NCBI GenBank assembly: GCA_963848295.1 | Contig: CAWKDB010000010.1 | Location: forward strand, 864,001 to 928,000 | Reading direction: 5' to 3' | DNA: 64,000 bases | DNA from: an uncultured delta proteobacterium | GTDB lineage: Bacteria; Myxococcota_A; Polyangia; Haliangiales; Haliangiaceae | In this document: positions 60,572 through 64,000 of the stretch, one piece after another | Layout of the letters: each line of letters begins with the position of its first letter | Numbering within the stretch: the first letter of the stretch is position 1 | The notes under the pieces: model-generated | The model's input: the letters and a program-made list of their open reading frames with translations, nothing else | What the model was told of the DNA's origin: nothing | Databases searched by the model: none | Program-made: the position numbers and the translations under genes

Positions 60572-63343
60572 TCACGGCGTCGACCCGCCGCTGCCACCGC
60601 TCGGCGGATCGGTGACGTACGGCGGGATCTGCACGGTGATCGACGCGCTCTGCGTCGCGGGCGTAGCTGCGACGCTGACCGGCTGACAGACCGCGAGCAA
60701 CGTCCCACCGTGGCGCTCCGCGTAGCTCATCGCGCCGAACCCCTGGACCTGCAGCGGCAACGCGACGACGCACGCCGAGTACGTACCCGGCACGACGTCG
60801 GTGAACACCGCGGGACCGCCCGCGCGGATGATCGACATCTGCGATGTGCCCGCGCCTGCAGCCGCGAGGGCGAGCGACAGCGCCTGCGCCGTCGTCGCCG
60901 CGATCGGCACGCTCGAGATGTAGGCGACCGCCATCCCGACCGGACTGCCGGTCGCGACCGCGGTGAGATCGAGCTCGACCTCGCCTTGGTTGACCGTGAG
61001 GTTGACGGTGACGTTCGCGCCGGGCGGCACGTCGACTTGTTGCGAGTAGAACTGCAAGCCTCGGCGCGGCGACCCGATCGTCGCGGACACTTTGTACGTA
61101 TCGGGCGCGAGGCGATCGAAGCGAAACGCGCCGTCCGGTCCGGCGACGACGACGTTGAGCGCGCCGGGTGTCGTCGTCGATTGCGCCGTGACCGGCAGGC
61201 CCGCCGCGGGCTGAGTGCCTTGCATCAACACGCCGGAGATCGACCCGTAGGGCTGGAGCTCGATCACGAGCTGGGTCGCGGTCTGCGAGCCCTCGGGCAC
61301 GAGCACCGCCTTGCTGCGGCCGATCGGCGGGAGATCCGCGATGATCGTCAAGTTGCCGTCGCCGAAACCCGCGAGCGAGAACGAGCCGTCGGGACCGGTC
61401 GTGTCGGTCTTCGTGCTGCCCGCGAACGTGCCCGGGAGGTTGCCCATCGGCGTGTCGTTCGTGCTGCCGCCGCCGATCACTTGGCGACCGGCGTAGACCG
61501 TCGCGCCCGGGACCGGTTGGCTGCCCGACACGACGATGCCGGCGAGCTGGCGACCTTGCGTGACCGAGATCGTGCCGACGTCGGCGGTCTTGTTCGACTC
61601 GACCGTGACGTCGACGCCTTTGCTGTCGAAACTCGGACCGCGGACCTGCAAGTTGTAGTTGCCGGGTGGTACGCCGGTGATCTCGAAGTCGCCAGTGACG
61701 AACGAGTCTTGGATCGGACCGAGCGTCACCGTGATCGCGGTCGGCGCATGCCCGTCGGTGAACGCGACCGTGCCTTTGACGCCGCCTTCGCCGGGCAACA
61801 CGATCTTCACCTGATCGTCGCCGGTCTTGGCATCGACGCCGTCGCCGCCGCGCCGACCTCGGCCACCGCCGAAGCCATGCGCATCGCCGCTGCGACTCGC
61901 GCGCACCCGGTAGTTGCCCTCGGCGAGCCCGGTCAGCTTGAACCGACCGCCGGCATCGGTGATCTCGACGTTGCGTCCACCGCCGCCGCGCATCATCCCC
62001 GGGTTGAAGCCGCCGCCGCCGCCGTCCATGCGCGGCGACGCCGAGACCTGCGCGCCCTCGACCGGGTTGCCGTCGAGATCGACGACCTCGCCGGCGATCG
62101 ACGCCGTGAGATCGAGCGTGATCACGACCTTGTCGACGTCGCCTTTCGAGGCGTCGACCTCGACGCCGCTCGACCCGCCCTTCTCGTGCGTCGCCGAGGC
62201 GACGAGTTGTTCGCGCGGCAGCCCGCGGATCGAGAACCCACCCGACGCATCGCTGTACGCTTGGCGCGCCGGTTGGCGACCACCGCCGAACCCGGGGCCG
62301 CGGCGGCCCCGGCCCGACGGCCCGATCCGGACGCGCGCTCCCTCGACCGGACCGCCGGCGACATCGACGACCTTGCCGCGCACCACGACCCCGGGCGCGA
62401 GCGTGACGACGACATCGCGCTTCTCGGTCACACCGTCGAGCGTGACCATCGCGGAGGTTCCCGACGCGTGATCGGGATGCGTCGCGAGAAACCGAAACGA
62501 GCCCGCCGGCAACGCCGCGAATCGGAACGCGCCTTTCGCGTCGGTCGTGATCGCGTCGAGTCGCGGATCCGCGGGAGAGCGGAACTCGCTAGCGGCGACG
62601 TTCAACACGCGCGCGCCGGCGACCGGATTGCCTTCGCTATCGACGACGCGCCCCGAGACCGCGGCGCCCGTCACGAGCGCGAGCCTGACCGCGAGCTCGC
62701 CGCGGACCCGCACCCGCTTGTACGTCTTCGCCGATCCTGCCGCATACGCGACGATGTCGTACGGCCCGGGCAGCACCGGCTTGAACGTGACCATCCCACC
62801 TCGCGTCACGTCGGTCTGCAGATCGTCGCCGCGCAGCTCGACCGTGGCGGCGTCGACGGGCTTGCCATCGCTGCCGACCACGGTCACGGCGACCGCCGCG
62901 CCGGCTCGCAGGTGCAGCACGATCGGCTCGGTGTTCGCCGTCAACCGTGCGGTCACCGGCCCGGCGACCCCCTCCGGTGCGCGCGCGAGCAACGTGTACG
63001 ACCTGCCGACGAGGTGCTCGAACACGAAGCTGCCATCCGCTTGGGTCGCGACCGAGCGCGGCGGGTTTGCGACGAGCACGACCGTGGCGCCGGCGACCGG
63101 GTGGTCCGCCTCGCCCACGACCTGGCCCTCGAGCCGGAGCGTGCCGACCGGATCATCATCGGCGAGCACCGGGAGCTGCGCGATCGGGTCGCCACCCGGT
63201 GCGCGGTCGATCGAGCGCGGGATCGCCGGATCGCTTCGGCCCGGCTCGACCTTCGCCGCGTCATTGCCGCGATGATGCCGCCATGCGATCGCGACGCCGA
63301 CGACAACCAGCGCACATCCGGCGACAACCAGCGCACGTTTCAC
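60572..63343 (-). CDS. membrane-anchored protein with tandem carboxypeptidase-regulatory-like (transthyretin-fold) repeats
   Basis: Repeated GxVVDxxGxPVxGAxV...TDxxGxF modules after an N-terminal TM segment. Confidence 0.85.
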   Translation of the reverse strand: MKRALVVAGCALVVVGVAIAWRHHRGNDAAKVEPGRSDPAIPRSIDRAPGGDPIAQLPVLADDDPVGTLRLEGQVVGEADHPVAGATVVLVANPPRSVATQADGSFVFEHLVGRSYTLLARAPEGVAGPVTARLTANTEPIVLHLRAGAAVAVTVVGSDGKPVDAATVELRGDDLQTDVTRGGMVTFKPVLPGPYDIVAYAAGSAKTYKRVRVRGELAVRLALVTGAAVSGRVVDSEGNPVAGARVLNVAASEFRSPADPRLDAITTDAKGAFRFAALPAGSFRFLATHPDHASGTSAMVTLDGVTEKRDVVVTLAPGVVVRGKVVDVAGGPVEGARVRIGPSGRGRRGPGFGGGRQPARQAYSDASGGFSIRGLPREQLVASATHEKGGSSGVEVDASKGDVDKVVITLDLTASIAGEVVDLDGNPVEGAQVSASPRMDGGGGGFNPGMMRGGGGRNVEITDAGGRFKLTGLAEGNYRVRASRSGDAHGFGGGRGRRGGDGVDAKTGDDQVKIVLPGEGGVKGTVAFTDGHAPTAITVTLGPIQDSFVTGDFEITGVPPGNYNLQVRGPSFDSKGVDVTVESNKTADVGTISVTQGRQLAGIVVSGSQPVPGATVYAGRQVIGGGSTNDTPMGNLPGTFAGSTKTDTTGPDGSFSLAGFGDGNLTIIADLPPIGRSKAVLVPEGSQTATQLVIELQPYGSISGVLMQGTQPAAGLPVTAQSTTTPGALNVVVAGPDGAFRFDRLAPDTYKVSATIGSPRRGLQFYSQQVDVPPGANVTVNLTVNQGEVELDLTAVATGSPVGMAVAYISSVPIAATTAQALSLALAAAGAGTSQMSIIRAGGPAVFTDVVPGTYSACVVALPLQVQGFGAMSYAERHGGTLLAVCQPVSVAATPATQSASITVQIPPYVTDPPSGGSGGSTP

Positions 63344-63511
63344 GAGCGCATCATCGCAGAATCCTGTGTGAACATGTTTTTCAGCCCCGACGCCGATCAT
63401 TTATCGGGGCGTGAGGCGCCGATCACTGCAACAAGGGACCGTTCCTGCTTATTGTGCAGCGTCGGGGTTCTGGGATAGAACACGGCATCCGAATCTTGCT
63501 CAGGGGAGCCC

Positions 63512-64000
63512 ATGCTGAATCGTAAGCATCTCTTAGCCGCGCTGTTGCCGGCCTCGATCGTCGCCTGTGGCGGCGGTGGCGGCACCATCATTCCCGCTGG
63601 TCCTCACACCCACTACGTGGCCGACAACATCTACGTGCCGACCAATAACACCGAGGCGCGTCAGGACGGCCTCGACCTCAACGGCGACGGCACCGTCGAC
63701 AATCAGCTCGGCATGGTGTTGTCGGCGCTGGCGAGCACCGCCGGCTTCGACATCCAAGGCACGATCAACAAGTCGGTCCAAGAGGGCACGATCATCTTGC
63801 TCGGCGATGTCCAGACGACGGACTTCACGAACGCCGCGGCCGCCGGCATGCAGGTGTTGCTCGGCGACAGCGCCGACCCCGCCGCGTGCAACACCGGCGA
63901 GACCTACACGTGCGACATGTCGACCCCGCCGGTGTGCTCGGGCTGCGGCCATCACCTGACCGGGTCCGCGAGCTTCCAGATCGCGGCGGACTCGCCGACC
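63512..64000 (+). CDS. lipoprotein, truncated by the window end
   Basis: GGGGAG RBS; MLNRKHLLAALLPASIVAC lipobox; DLNGDGTVDN Ca-binding-like motif; open to 64000. Confidence 0.7.
   Translation, partial: MLNRKHLLAALLPASIVACGGGGGTIIPAGPHTHYVADNIYVPTNNTEARQDGLDLNGDGTVDNQLGMVLSALASTAGFDIQGTINKSVQEGTIILLGDVQTTDFTNAAAAGMQVLLGDSADPAACNTGETYTCDMSTPPVCSGCGHHLTGSASFQIAADSPT

Overview
High-GC bacterial chromosomal window. It is most consistent with Myxococcota, possibly a Haliangiales/Kofleriaceae-like lineage; this is inferred from gene content (myxobacterial-style lipoproteins, Ser/Thr kinases, split nuo cluster, long RpoD N-terminus). It is mostly core genome: birA-nadC, fbaB, dnaG-rpoD, gap-pgk-[GGDEF/kinase]-tpiA-secG-dapF, tRNA(CAT) plus a zinc-ribbon gene, RNase P RNA, typA, nuoEFJKLMN-malQ and hemD-hemB. 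These are interspersed with about 13 predicted lipoproteins, three secreted serine hydrolases, an LRR protein and a TonB-dependent receptor. I saw no CRISPR array, transposase, integrase or prophage gene. Many genes in three blocks (about 15.1-16.9, 25.3-26.0 and 41.8-49.8 kb) are broken by single-base frameshifts, mostly +1, which are probably sequencing or assembly errors. The most interesting observations are: (1) a sensor-GGDEF-Ser/Thr kinase-V4R-like fusion inserted between pgk and tpiA; (2) Complex I subunits with extra domains; (3) a pervasive TANNNT-6/8 nt-start codon (leaderless) signature; (4) a lipoprotein carrying a pilin-like globular domain; (5) a Zur/Fur-like palindrome before the TonB receptor; (6) two sigma54-type promoters, one with tandem palindromic upstream sites. 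All calls come from reading the sequence; no database search was run.
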